64,000 bases of DNA from Fervidobacterium sp. (GCA_049970055.1 JBMFNR010000002.1:84406-148405); one strand, 5' to 3'. Positions 28,969 through 39,621 are shown, numbered from the stretch's first letter. Made by a program: numbers and translations. Notes: a model not told the origin generated them from the sequence alone.

Positions 28969-29629
28969 CTTCTTTCACCACTTTTCTTAAGGTAAAACTA
29001 TCATCAATTAAGAATTTTTCAAAACGAATCAATTCTAATATAGCCAAGAATTTTACGATGATTTCATATTTTGAAGAGCAGTTTCTCAATAAGTCGTATA
29101 AACTTACTATATTGTAATTTTCTTCAATTTCTTTCATAACTCTTTCTAGCGAGTAGTTTTCCCTTTTTATGATGTATATTTTCTGCTTTACTTCCACTTC
29201 TTGCAGTGCTGCTTTCACAATCTTTACAAGTTTCTTCTCATCTATCCTTGGAAATGAATATGGAACTTTTACCGGAACTTGCTCTGCGGAATCGTTTTGA
29301 AGCATTTGATTCACCAATTCTTTTAGCCTTGCGTATTCCTCAATTCTTCGGAAAAGTAACTCTCTTTTAGTTTCGTACTCTTTTCTCTCTTTTTCACTCA
29401 AAGAAGGAAGAAGACTTTTTGACTTTAACTCAAGCAAATATGCGGCGGTAGCTATAAACTCAGAAGTGACATTGAGATTAAAATCCTCCATTTGGTTGAC
29501 ATAATACAAAAATTCATCCGCCAATTGCGAAATGGACAACTGACGGATGTCTATCTGCTTTTTTTGGACCAAATAAAGGAGTAAATCGAGAGGGCCTTCA
29601 AATGTTTCCAGTTTGAATAATATGTCCAT
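28955..29629 (-). CDS. scpA: Segregation and condensation protein A
   Basis: FEGPLDLLLYLV, LLELKSKSLLP, FLAILEL. Confidence 0.93.
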   Translation of the reverse strand: MDILFKLETFEGPLDLLLYLVQKKQIDIRQLSISQLADEFLYYVNQMEDFNLNVTSEFIATAAYLLELKSKSLLPSLSEKERKEYETKRELLFRRIEEYARLKELVNQMLQNDSAEQVPVKVPYSFPRIDEKKLVKIVKAALQEVEVKQKIYIIKRENYSLERVMKEIEENYNIVSLYDLLRNCSSKYEIIVKFLAILELIRFEKFLIDDSFTLRKVVKEDAAL

Positions 29630-29632
29630 CTA

Positions 29633-30238
29633 TTAGAAGAAACCCTCTTCTTCAACAATTGATTCATAAGGAATTTCGTAAACCTCGAGTATGCCAGCAA
29701 CACTTTCCGCATCTTTACTATCAACCTTTATAGATACAAGTCTGTTACCATCATCTTTTAGAGTTAGAATGGAAAGAATATTTATTCTATTATTGGCAAG
29801 TACGTCGATGACCTTCTTTAATTCACCAGGTTTATCCTTAAGAGTAATGTTAATTCTTATCCCATGCTCATCCATTGCAGAAATTTCAGTCATAGCTTCT
29901 AAGACCTCTTGAATCGTTAACACACCTATAACTTCGCTATTTGAATTCACAACGGGTAAAATTGTTTCTTTATTTTCAATGAGCATCATCGCTGCTTCCT
30001 CTATGGTTGAATCCTCTACAATGTAAAAATCGGGAAAAACAACGTAATCTCCCACCTTTTCTTCCATCTCAACTTCTTTTATAACTGATTTGTGAATAAT
30101 ACCATCGAATTTATCATCTTCATCAACAACAATACAGTAATCGCACGAATATTTTCTCATCTCGTGCAAAGCATCAGAAATTGCTTGAGAATTTTTTACC
30201 TTTGGAAAAAACGTATTAACCCATCTAACTGCCTTCAT
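29633..30238 (-). CDS. CBS-pair + ACT domain protein (AcuB-like)
   Basis: Two CBS repeats (LPVVN..VIGVLT) followed by an ACT domain (DKPGEL..NRINILS). Confidence 0.85.
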   Translation of the reverse strand: MKAVRWVNTFFPKVKNSQAISDALHEMRKYSCDYCIVVDEDDKFDGIIHKSVIKEVEMEEKVGDYVVFPDFYIVEDSTIEEAAMMLIENKETILPVVNSNSEVIGVLTIQEVLEAMTEISAMDEHGIRINITLKDKPGELKKVIDVLANNRINILSILTLKDDGNRLVSIKVDSKDAESVAGILEVYEIPYESIVEEEGFF

Positions 30239-30298
30239 CTTCTCTACCTCCTCAGTTTTAGAAACTGATCAGAAATTGATCAACAATTATTAATAATG

Positions 30299-31273
30299 TT
30301 AGAATTTATAGTAGTACATTTCTCCACTATCCGAGCAGTATACAGCAAAAGAATTTTGAGAATTATTTAATGGAAAAACTTCCAGTGGATAGTCTCCTGT
30401 GTCAAAAACTTTTATATCCTTACCGTCATTCGTGACCATAACTTTGTTACCCGATGCGCTAAGTATTACGATATTTTCACCGATCTTTTTAACCGCAGTT
30501 GGTGTATAAGGTACTTTGAATGAATATACAACAGAATCATTTTGTACCACATAAATTGTCTGATTTGACATTGAAGATACATAGTAAGCACTTCCATCAA
30601 AATCGGCGCTTGAAATATACGGAGCAAGTTTCACAATTTTTCCAGTCCCAAGGTTATACAATTGCCCACCTCTTGTGTCAACTAACATATCCTTGACAAG
30701 AATCGAAGGAGTCGTCAAACCAATTTTTCTAGGTTTTTCTCCAACAAACTCCACATCAAAGTTATCGTTCCACAAGTACGTTACAAAAATTTTTCCATTC
30801 CACAAGAACAAAAAAGTTGGAGATCCTGAAAAATTGTAACTGAATTTTTTGTTTAAGTCCGTGTCAAAAACGTTAAGTTCCCCACCTTCTAAAAGAACAT
30901 AAATAGAATTGTCTTGAAACAAGCTTTGTTGAATTCTTCTTGGGAAAGATAAGCCATTTATAACCCAACCTTCAAAAGAAATCTTGGAAATTTTCTGCCC
31001 AACTCTATCTATAATTATGTATCCATCGTCTATAGGAAACGAATTAATCACGTAGCTACCAATGTATTTGTACAGATTAAGGATTTGTTTTAATTCCAAA
31101 TCGTAAACAACCATGTTTTTATTAATCGGATCTACGAGTATGACTGTTCCATCTGTTCTGAAGTTCCTGAATGAATACTTTATTCCTATGTAAACCTTCT
31201 CTACACTGGAAGAAAATATTAACGAAGATACAGCAAGAATGAAGAGTGTAAAAAAAATTAAATATTTTTGCAT
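30299..31273 (-). CDS. Exported hypothetical protein, possible beta-propeller
   Basis: Signal peptide and beta-strand-rich repeats (TGDYPLEV, VPYTPTAV). Confidence 0.6.
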   Translation of the reverse strand: MQKYLIFFTLFILAVSSLIFSSSVEKVYIGIKYSFRNFRTDGTVILVDPINKNMVVYDLELKQILNLYKYIGSYVINSFPIDDGYIIIDRVGQKISKISFEGWVINGLSFPRRIQQSLFQDNSIYVLLEGGELNVFDTDLNKKFSYNFSGSPTFLFLWNGKIFVTYLWNDNFDVEFVGEKPRKIGLTTPSILVKDMLVDTRGGQLYNLGTGKIVKLAPYISSADFDGSAYYVSSMSNQTIYVVQNDSVVYSFKVPYTPTAVKKIGENIVILSASGNKVMVTNDGKDIKVFDTGDYPLEVFPLNNSQNSFAVYCSDSGEMYYYKF

Positions 31274-32436
31274 ATCCTAATCAACAGCTCCTTTGCTATC
31301 TCTTCTTTCGTTCCTTCAAGTTCTACAACCGCTTTATCTTTGAATATTATATACACATGATTTCTATCACTTTCCATTGCAACCCTAGCATCATTTGCAA
31401 CTATCACGTTAGCGTTCTTTTTCACAAGCTTTTCGTAAGCATTTTCCACAATATTTTCTGTTTCTGCTGCAAAACCGACAACAATTTGATTTTCTTTTTT
31501 GGTATGGCCTACAACATCAAGTATATCAGGTGTTTTTTCCAATTCAATATTCAGCGTGTCTAATGTTTTCTTAATTTTTTGTTGAGATATGTTCTTTGGC
31601 CTATAATCAGCAACAGCAGCACACATTATAAGTATATCACAACTTTCTTTATTTTCCAAAACAGCGTTGTACATTTCCTGGGCGGACTTTACCGGTACAA
31701 TTTTATCAGCGAAGTAAGGCTTTTCTAAACGTGTCGGACCAGTTATCAATATCACTTTTGCTCCGAGTCGCTTTGCAACAGTAGCGAGCGAATACCCCAT
31801 CTTTCCGCTTGAATGATTCGAAATGTACCTAACCGGATCTATAGGTTCAACTGTTGGACCAGCGGTCACTAAAACAGTTTTTCCTTCAAGTGTTTTTTCT
31901 TCAGTTATTATCTTTATAAATTCAATGATTTTTTCGTTTTCAGGGTATCTACCTTTTCCGACTTCGCCGCACGCAAGGTGTCCACTTTCAGGATCCAAAA
32001 CAAACCAACCTAGTTTCTCTAATTTTTCTATATTTTCCTTCGTTACAGGGTTTTCGAACATCCTTGTGTTCATCGTAGGGACGATTATTTTCTGTTTTTT
32101 ATCAAACGCCAGAGCAGTTGTAGTTAATAAATTATCTGCCAAACCATTTGCTAGCTTCGCAATTGTGTTAGCCGTTGCAGGAGCTACAATAAAAACATCT
32201 GCCCATTTCGATAGCTCTGTGTGTATAATCCAGCCAGATTCGATCTCGTATGTGTCGGTATAGACTTTACAATTTCCAACCGAAGAAAATACAATCGGAT
32301 TAATCAATTTCACGGCATTTTCTGTCATGATAATTTGTAAATTCCAGCCCTGTTTCCTTATTTTACTTGCCAGATCCACTGCTTTGTAAATGGCTATACC
32401 AGAACTAACCCCGAGAAGAATGTTCACTTTCACCAC
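31258..32436 (-). CDS. coaBC: Bifunctional phosphopantothenoylcysteine decarboxylase/synthase
   Basis: GIAIYKA, APATANTIAK, PTMNTRM, LACGEVGKGR, TAGPT.EPIDPVRYISNHSSGKMG, AAVADY, GFAAET. Confidence 0.96.
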   Translation of the reverse strand: MVKVNILLGVSSGIAIYKAVDLASKIRKQGWNLQIIMTENAVKLINPIVFSSVGNCKVYTDTYEIESGWIIHTELSKWADVFIVAPATANTIAKLANGLADNLLTTTALAFDKKQKIIVPTMNTRMFENPVTKENIEKLEKLGWFVLDPESGHLACGEVGKGRYPENEKIIEFIKIITEEKTLEGKTVLVTAGPTVEPIDPVRYISNHSSGKMGYSLATVAKRLGAKVILITGPTRLEKPYFADKIVPVKSAQEMYNAVLENKESCDILIMCAAVADYRPKNISQQKIKKTLDTLNIELEKTPDILDVVGHTKKENQIVVGFAAETENIVENAYEKLVKKNANVIVANDARVAMESDRNHVYIIFKDKAVVELEGTKEEIAKELLIRICKNI

Positions 32437-32443
32437 CTCACTT

Positions 32444-32980
32444 TTATTGATTCGACAGAGCCTTGAGAAGTTTATATATACTTGGCATTTCTAAATGAGC
32501 AATCCTTAGCTGTTCTTCATCTTTCAAAACATCTCTTGTTGGTCCATCGGATATTATCTTTCCAAAGGATGAAATTGCTTTTTTTCCTCAAGTCCTACGA
32601 TTTCAAGTGTTTCAATTGACTTTTTGTACGCATACTCTTTATCATGCCATATGTTTAATGGTCCGAACATAACTTCGTCAATGACTTTGCTTTTGAATAT
32701 TTGATCAGCTGGATTTTGAAATACAAGTCCAATTATTTTTGAAAGTGCGGCAACGGTTGTATCTTTTGTATTTACATCTTTGACAAAGACTTCACCTTTT
32801 GTTGGTTTGAGAAGACCTTTTAAAATTTTGACAAAGGTTGATTTTCCTGCTCCGTTTTCTCCAACAATTGCAACAGGTGTTTTATCAAATGTTATGCTTA
32901 TATTCTCTAGAACGTACTTTTCAGGTTTGTATGAAAACCATAAGTTTTTTACTGTTACTGTGGCATCTACACTTCCCACT
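32444..32980 (-). pseudogene. ECF transporter ATPase (second), internal deletion and frameshift
   Basis: Walker A GENGAGKST and Q-loop VFQNP present. The ORF jumps at FHPL directly to the out-of-frame C-terminus GKIISDGPTRDVLKDEEQL..., so signature, Walker B and H-loop are absent. Start approximate. Confidence 0.8.
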
Positions 32981-33827
32981 TTATTTGAACTCCCTTCAGT
33001 AATTCTACCGCTTGTTGAAACTTTACAGGATAGTAACCATTTTCGTTCCTCACATTGTATTCTTTGCATATCTTTGTCTGAAATGTTTTCCCAATTTCAT
33101 AATCATCTATTTGAGAAAGAGAAAACACCTTTTCCGGCTCGTCGAAAGCAAATACTTTTCCATTATTTAAAAGTATTATCTTATCCACGTACTCAACGAG
33201 CTTCTCATACTTGTGCTCCACAATTATTATTGTCATCCCAAGTTCTTTAAGTTTCTTGATAGTCTCAAATACCTCTGTTGTACCTTGTGGATCAAGTTGA
33301 GATGTTGGCTCGTCGAGTATCAAAATCTCAGGCTCTAAAGCCAAAACACTTGCAATTGTAAGCCTTTGTAGTTGCCCGCCTGAGAGTTCGAAAGGATTAT
33401 CATTACGTTTTTCCCATAGGTTAAATTGTTTTAAAACTTTTTCTATCCTTCTGACCATTTCTTCCCTTTCTGTACCCACATTTTCTAAAACGAAGGCAAC
33501 TTCTTCATACACCGTCATCTTTGCTCCGCTTATCTGCGAAAATGGACTTTGAAGGATTAGCCCTACTTTTTTGACAAGTTTTTCAAACGGCAGTTGCTGT
33601 ATATCTTCTCCATCGATTGAAATTTTTCCATGATACTTCCCTTTGAAAAATCGTGGTATGAGGCCACTTAGCGCATAACATAATGTTGACTTACCAGCTC
33701 CATTTCTACCGATGATTCCTACACTCTCACCTTAATAGATGGTAAACGACACATTTTCCAGAGCATTTTTATCTGAGAATGGATATTTGTATGTTAAGTT
33801 TTTAACATCTATCTTGATGGCATTCAT
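32967..33827 (-). pseudogene. ECF transporter ATPase (first), premature stop
   Basis: MNAIKIDVKNLTYKY..NVSFTIY*GESVGIIGRNGAGKST with in-frame TAA at 33732-33734. The rest (LSGGQLQR, LDEPTSQLDP, VEH) is intact. Confidence 0.85.
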
Positions 33828-33896
33828 CAATTTAGTTACCGGAGCTAATTTGTGAACGAAAGAATCTTTTTCGACATACAAGTTTAAAATTCTCAC
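33828..33896 (-). pseudogene. Remnant (first 23 codons) of ECF transmembrane T component
   Basis: GTG-start MRILNLYVEKDSFVHKLAPVTKL resembles the EcfT/CbiQ N-terminal S..H.LDP..KL motif and runs in frame into the ATPase ATG. Confidence 0.7.
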
Positions 33897-33905
33897 AGGG
33901 TATGT

Positions 33906-34478
33906 TTACTCCTCTTTGAATGTATAAACAAGTGTTTTTGGGAGCACTTTGAAAATTCCAAACGCTATGAAAACTGAAAGAACTTTATCAACAAGATCAA
34001 CAACCAGTTCATCAAAGAAAGAAGAGAGCCATATTCCAACATTTTTTGACATTAGAAACGCGAAAAGTGCGTCTCCCCAAATATTCCCTGTTTGACCTTC
34101 CCAGAAAATAACGTTGAGTGGAACAGAAATGATGGTGGCCACAAGTGCAATAATAAGACCACTTAACAAAGCTCTGAATGCATTTTCAAACATCTTTGCT
34201 TTGTAAAGTAAACCCGCTGCAACACCTATACCAATACTTGTGAGTGCATACACAAAGGATATCGGACCAGCGGTTAGACCGTAAATGATATTGTTGATCG
34301 CTCCACTCAGCCCACCTACAACAGGGCCTGCAAGTATGGAAGCCAAAATTGTACCAATAGAGTCAAGCCACAGTGGCAGTTTCAAAAACTCGGCAAAGAA
34401 CTTCCCCGCGTAGTTAATACCAACCACAACAGGTATGAGTACCAAAACAGCTGTTGTAAACCTACTTGTTTTCGTCAT
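33906..34478 (-). CDS. ECF transporter substrate-specific (S) component
   Basis: 190-aa hydrophobic protein with LKLPLWLDSIGT..LAGP..G, directly upstream of the T/ATPase remnants. Confidence 0.85.
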   Translation of the reverse strand: MTKTSRFTTAVLVLIPVVVGINYAGKFFAEFLKLPLWLDSIGTILASILAGPVVGGLSGAINNIIYGLTAGPISFVYALTSIGIGVAAGLLYKAKMFENAFRALLSGLIIALVATIISVPLNVIFWEGQTGNIWGDALFAFLMSKNVGIWLSSFFDELVVDLVDKVLSVFIAFGIFKVLPKTLVYTFKEE

Positions 34479-34541
34479 TCAAATACCCACCCTTTTTACC
34501 TCCGTTTTAAGACATCCGTTAAAATTATACCACAAATTTAC

Positions 34542-34587
34542 TTTACAATAAGATATACAAGTGATATAATATAGTTAGTTTTAACTA
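34542..34587 (+). promoter_or_regulatory. suf operon promoter
   Basis: TTTACA-N17-TATAAT (TG-extended), followed by a short TAGTTA-N4-TAACTA palindrome. Confidence 0.6.
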
Positions 34588-34621
34588 AGTAGTGCAAAAA
34601 AAATAATACAATTACGGAGGT

Positions 34622-35362
34622 GTGATTATGTTATTGGAGGTTAAAAACTTATCGGCAAAATTACCGGAGCAAGACAAGGTGATTTTAAAAGGTGTTGATT
34701 TAGCTATGAACAAAGGCGAAGTACACGTTATAATGGGGCCTAACGGGTCGGGAAAATCTACGCTTGCAAATGTGATAATGGGAAACCCAAAATACGAGGT
34801 TATCTCCGGCGATATTCTCTTTGAAGGTGAATCAATACTTGGTTTAAGAACAGATGAGAGGGCTCAGAAAGGGCTTATGATGACCTTTCAAAATCCGTAT
34901 GAAATCGAAGGTGTAAAACTTGATCAGCTTCTGCTGATAGCTTATAGAAAATTGCACGGTGAGGATAAGATATTCTTCCAGCTAGATAAAGAGATGAAAC
35001 ATTTAGTTGACGAAGTTAGCTTACCACATGAATTCTTGGAAAGGTTTGTTAATCTTGGATTTTCCGGTGGTGAACGGAAAAAAGGTGAAATTTTACAAGC
35101 AAGGTTTTTAAGACCAAAGTTGTTAATATTGGATGAAATCGATTCGGGTCTCGATGTTGATGCATTGAGAATTGTTGCAAATCAAATAAACAAGATAAAA
35201 GAGGAAGGAACCTCTTTGCTTATAATCACGCACTATTCAAGGATATTGAACTATCTCGACGTTGATAAAGTCCATGTTTACGTGGATGGAAAAGTGGCAC
35301 TGACTGGTGATAAATCACTAGCTTATGAAGTTGAAGAAACCGGATACGCGATCGTTAAGTGA
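34622..35362 (+). CDS. sufC: Fe-S cluster assembly ATPase SufC
   Basis: MGPNGSGKSTL, GFSGGERK, LDEIDSGLDVDAL, IITHY. Confidence 0.95.
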   Translation: MIMLLEVKNLSAKLPEQDKVILKGVDLAMNKGEVHVIMGPNGSGKSTLANVIMGNPKYEVISGDILFEGESILGLRTDERAQKGLMMTFQNPYEIEGVKLDQLLLIAYRKLHGEDKIFFQLDKEMKHLVDEVSLPHEFLERFVNLGFSGGERKKGEILQARFLRPKLLILDEIDSGLDVDALRIVANQINKIKEEGTSLLIITHYSRILNYLDVDKVHVYVDGKVALTGDKSLAYEVEETGYAIVK

Positions 35363-35391
35363 TTGTCTGCGTCCGAAGGGAGGCTCTAAAT

Positions 35392-36801
35392 ATGAGTGAT
35401 CTGAATGAACTTTTGTACGAGTTGAAGAGAAAGGAAAATTTTGAATTAAAAGTCAATGTACCAGCCGCTTTAAAATTACCAGCCGGCTTGGATAAAAAGC
35501 TTGTTTACGAAATCTCAAAAGCGAAAGATGAGCCTGAGTGGATGACTCAACATAGGCTCAAATCGTTTGAGATATTTGAAAAATGGCATGAACCAAATTG
35601 GGGCGTCGAAAGAAGCGAGCTTGACTTATCAAAGATTGTACCATACGTAAAGCCAAATGCTAAGAAAACTACAACCTGGGATGAAGTTCCCGAGGAAATT
35701 AAGCAAGCTTTCGACAGGCTTGGGATACCGGAAGCTGAAAGAAAGTATCTTGCCGGTGTCGGTGCACAATTCGATTCAGAAATGATCTACAAGAACATAA
35801 AAGATGAGCTGAAAAAGCTGGGGGTCATATTTATAGATATTGAAAGTGCAGTCAAGGAGTACCCTGATCTAGTGAAAGAATATTTCATGAAGCTTGTTCC
35901 CCCAACTGATAATAAATATGCAGCATTGCATGGCGCGCTGTGGAGCGGCGGAACATTTCTTTACGTTCCGAAAGGTGTGAAAGTACCTCTTCCATTGCAA
36001 TCTTACTTTCTGTTTGGGAATCCTGGAGGCGGACAATTTGAACATACAGTGATAATTGCAGATGAGGGTAGTGAGGTAACGTATATAGAAGGATGTACTG
36101 CTCCTAAATATGATGTTGTGAATCTGCACATAGGTACTGTGGAAGTTTACGTTAAGGAGGGTGCAAAACTAAAGTACTTAACAATGCAAAATTGGAGTAA
36201 AAACATGTTTAATCTTGAGATCAAGCGTGCAATTGCAGAAGATGATGCCGTAATGACTTGGGTATCTGGATCGTTTGGAAGTTACAAAACGATGGTGTAC
36301 CCGGCCACAATACTTAAAGGTGATAATTCAGTCTCGGAGAACGTGTCTATTTCATTCGCAGGGCCTGGTCAACATATAGATACTGGCTCAAAAGTTATCC
36401 ATATAGGGAAAAATACACGTTCAACAGTTGATGCAAGAAGTATAAGTATCGGTGGTGGATGGTCCTTCTATAGAGGTTTGCTGAAAATAATGGAAAATGC
36501 AAAGGGCTCAAAAGCTTCGGTAAGTTGTACAGGGTTAATGATAGATAACAAATCAAAAAGTGACACGGTACCTATCATAGAGATACACAATTCTGATTCA
36601 GATGTTGGGCATGAAGCAAAAATTGGTCGTATAAAAGATGAACAGATATTCTACCTTATGAGTAGAGGTCTAAGTGAGCTGGAAGCGAAGGGTCTTATTG
36701 TAAAAGGATTCATACAACCTGTTGTTCAAGAACTACCTTTCGAATACGCAATTGAATTGAGTAGGCTGGTTGATATGGAGATAGAATCTTCAATAGGCTG
36801 A
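35392..36801 (+). CDS. sufB: Fe-S cluster assembly protein SufB
   Basis: LGIPEAERKYLAGVGAQFDSE, GQFEHT, YIEGCTAP, HEAKIG, FYLMSRG. ATG 35392 behind GGGAGG. Confidence 0.95.
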   Translation: MSDLNELLYELKRKENFELKVNVPAALKLPAGLDKKLVYEISKAKDEPEWMTQHRLKSFEIFEKWHEPNWGVERSELDLSKIVPYVKPNAKKTTTWDEVPEEIKQAFDRLGIPEAERKYLAGVGAQFDSEMIYKNIKDELKKLGVIFIDIESAVKEYPDLVKEYFMKLVPPTDNKYAALHGALWSGGTFLYVPKGVKVPLPLQSYFLFGNPGGGQFEHTVIIADEGSEVTYIEGCTAPKYDVVNLHIGTVEVYVKEGAKLKYLTMQNWSKNMFNLEIKRAIAEDDAVMTWVSGSFGSYKTMVYPATILKGDNSVSENVSISFAGPGQHIDTGSKVIHIGKNTRSTVDARSISIGGGWSFYRGLLKIMENAKGSKASVSCTGLMIDNKSKSDTVPIIEIHNSDSDVGHEAKIGRIKDEQIFYLMSRGLSELEAKGLIVKGFIQPVVQELPFEYAIELSRLVDMEIESSIG

Positions 36802-36864
36802 TTGTTTTGGAATGCGGTAAGATACAGTGGGTACAGTAAAGTACATTAAAGGAGGTACTTTAAA

Positions 36865-37989
36865 ATGGAAAAGACTTTGCGATTGACACATCAAAATATG
36901 AGAGCAATCGTCCCTGATATAAAAACAATTGAGATAAAAGACTATACAGTAGATGATTTTAGACCAAGCGGCAATAATTTACTTGACGAATGGAGAATAA
37001 AAAGACTCTCAGAATACTTAAGCTACAAATTTCCAGCATGGAGAAGAACGGGGCTAAAAGAGCTTTCGTTACCTGATGTAAGAAGTTACAAAGGCCTAGA
37101 ACAAATCGATGAGGAAGCTTTAAACTTGCTTGAAGGACTGGATTTTGAAGGGGCAGATAGAAAATTTGTCTTACTTGCTGATGTGTTTTCTTCAAGTGGC
37201 GAATATTTTTCTATTGATGAAGATACAACCTTAATCTTAAACCAATTCGAACAGTACGATAATACATTGATAGATATAAAATCTGGCACACTTGAGTTAA
37301 TCAGAATTATCGAAAAGCCATTCTTTGTTGGGAATTTGAGAATAAATGTGAGAAAAAATACAAGCCTAAAGCTGTATAACTTGTACTTAGCGAGCGGTGG
37401 ATTGATGATTTCAAATGTTTTTATAAACGCTGAAGAAAACTCAAATACGGTCGTCAGAGACTTTTATTTCGGGGGTAAAATTAACACTGGCTTTTTTGCA
37501 ATGAGATTAAACGGTGAGAACACTCATGCCGACGTAAGGCCTTACTATCTTGGCTATAAAAAGAATGTTATCGATATACTCTATCTGATGAGGTTTTACT
37601 CACCAAATGCTTACGGAAACGTCGACTCTAAAGGTGTTTTAGCGGATGAATCAAAAGTAGTTTTTCGTGGTATAATGGATATATTGAGTGGTGCAAAAGA
37701 GGCTGAAGCTCATCAAAGCAACCATGCAACTCTCATTTCCCAGAAGGCCAAAGTTGAAGCAATACCAAGCCTTATGGTAGACGAAAACGATGTTGTTGCA
37801 TCACATGCGGCGAGTAGTTCTCCGATAGATGAAAGTATGTTGTTCTACTTAATGACAAGGGGAATACCAGAAAAAGACGCGCAAAATATGATAGTTAGAG
37901 GCGTTTTCGAAACATTAAAACAAGAGCTCGAAAAATACAACTTGGGAGGCGTTGTCGAGAATGCACTCAACAGTGTGGTCACAGGATGA
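36865..37989 (+). CDS. sufD: Fe-S cluster assembly protein SufD
   Basis: VFRG, AIPSLMVDENDVVASHAA, LFYLMTRGI. Operon position. Confidence 0.88.
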   Translation: MEKTLRLTHQNMRAIVPDIKTIEIKDYTVDDFRPSGNNLLDEWRIKRLSEYLSYKFPAWRRTGLKELSLPDVRSYKGLEQIDEEALNLLEGLDFEGADRKFVLLADVFSSSGEYFSIDEDTTLILNQFEQYDNTLIDIKSGTLELIRIIEKPFFVGNLRINVRKNTSLKLYNLYLASGGLMISNVFINAEENSNTVVRDFYFGGKINTGFFAMRLNGENTHADVRPYYLGYKKNVIDILYLMRFYSPNAYGNVDSKGVLADESKVVFRGIMDILSGAKEAEAHQSNHATLISQKAKVEAIPSLMVDENDVVASHAASSSPIDESMLFYLMTRGIPEKDAQNMIVRGVFETLKQELEKYNLGGVVENALNSVVTG

Positions 37990-39220
37990 GTTTCAAAGTA
38001 TTTTAGAGGAATTTCCCACACTTAAAAGGAGTATAAATGAAAATAGATTAGTTTACCTTGATAACGCTGCAAGTACTTTAAAGGCAAAATCCGTCATCGA
38101 AAAGATGACGGATTTCTACTTGAATCATTATTCAAATATTCACAGAGCTGTTCACACTCTTGCTTCAGAATCAACGGTTGAATATGAAAAAGCACGTGAA
38201 AAGGTTGCTAAATTTCTTGATGCAGACATTGAAGAGGTAATATTCACGAGTGGAACAACGATGGGGATCAATTTTCTTGTAAACTCTCTTGTGAGAAGTG
38301 GAATATTGCGCAGTGGTGATACAGTTTTACTATCCCAAGTAGAACACCATGCGAACCTTGTACCTTGGGTTAGGCTATCGAAATTTTACGGTTTCACAGT
38401 GGAGTACATCCATGCGGATGAAAAAGGGGTAATTACAAAAGAGTCTATTTTACAAGCAAAAAAGTATAACCCAAAAATCGTTTCAATAACAGCACAATCA
38501 AATGTAACAGGACAAGTTATGCCAATCGAGTTCATACGCGAGGTGTTTAAAGAAAGTTTTCTTATAATCGACGGTGCTCAATTTATACCACATAAGAATG
38601 TCAATGTTAAAAACTTGGATGTGGATTTTCTTGTATTTTCTGGTCATAAAATGATCGCACCAACGGGTATTGGTGTCCTCTATGGCAAAAAAGACTTGTT
38701 GGAACGCTTAGAACCATTTTTGTACGGTGGTGAAATGATAGACAAAGTAACTTTTGATGATGTCACATTTAATGTTTTGCCATACAGGTTCGAAGCTGGC
38801 ACTCAACATATTGCAGGAGCCGTTGGGCTTGGATACGCTATTGATTTTCTCGAATCAATTGGGTACGATAAAATAGAAAACTATATCAAAGAACTTTCAA
38901 TCTATCTGCTTAAAAGACTCAGTGAACTTGACTTTATAGAGATATACGGCCCCATCGATGATTCTCACCAATCTCTCGTTTCATTCAACGTCGACGGTGT
39001 ACACCCACATGACGTGTCTCACATTCTTGACGAGCATTTTGGTGTTGCAACAAGGAGTGGACATCATTGTGCACAACCGCTCATGAGCGTTTTATCAAGA
39101 GGTTCGAAGATAGAATTCCCAAACTCGACGGTAAGGGCAAGTGTTTATTTTTACAACACAAAGGAAGATATAGACACACTTATCGACGGTTTGAAAGAAG
39201 TAAGGAGGTTGTTTTTATGA
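37961..39220 (+). CDS. sufS: Cysteine desulfurase SufS
   Basis: YLDNAAST, EHHANLVPW, DGAQ, FSGHKM (PLP lysine), RSGHHCAQP. Confidence 0.95.
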   Translation: MHSTVWSQDEFQSILEEFPTLKRSINENRLVYLDNAASTLKAKSVIEKMTDFYLNHYSNIHRAVHTLASESTVEYEKAREKVAKFLDADIEEVIFTSGTTMGINFLVNSLVRSGILRSGDTVLLSQVEHHANLVPWVRLSKFYGFTVEYIHADEKGVITKESILQAKKYNPKIVSITAQSNVTGQVMPIEFIREVFKESFLIIDGAQFIPHKNVNVKNLDVDFLVFSGHKMIAPTGIGVLYGKKDLLERLEPFLYGGEMIDKVTFDDVTFNVLPYRFEAGTQHIAGAVGLGYAIDFLESIGYDKIENYIKELSIYLLKRLSELDFIEIYGPIDDSHQSLVSFNVDGVHPHDVSHILDEHFGVATRSGHHCAQPLMSVLSRGSKIEFPNSTVRASVYFYNTKEDIDTLIDGLKEVRRLFL

Positions 39221-39621
39221 TTTACTCTGAATTTATAATGGATTATTCGAAATTGAAAAAATTCTATGGAAAGATTCAAAATCCACACAAAGTTGAGGAA
39301 GGTAAGAACCTATCTTGTGGAGATGAGGTAACATTGTATTTCATCTTCGAAGGTGATAAAATAGTAGATGTTAAATTTGAGGGGCACGGTTGTGCAATTA
39401 GCCAAGCCTCAACAAATGCGATGATAGAGCAAATTATCGGAAAAACTAAAGAAGAAGCTTTAGAAATGATTAAAAGTGCCGAAAATATGATGCTTGGAAA
39501 AGATTTTGATGAAAATGTTTTGGGACCAATCGTGAATTTTTACGATGTGAGAAATTATCCAATGCGTGTTAAATGCTTCTTGCTACCTTGGAAAACATTG
39601 GAAATAGCGCTAAAGAAATGA
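39217..39621 (+). CDS. sufU: SufU / NifU-like Fe-S scaffold or sulfur acceptor
   Basis: NLSCGDE, GHGCAISQAS, PMRVKCFLLPW. True start ATG 39217 (ATGA overlap, SD AAGGAGG). Confidence 0.93.
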   Translation: MIYSEFIMDYSKLKKFYGKIQNPHKVEEGKNLSCGDEVTLYFIFEGDKIVDVKFEGHGCAISQASTNAMIEQIIGKTKEEALEMIKSAENMMLGKDFDENVLGPIVNFYDVRNYPMRVKCFLLPWKTLEIALKK

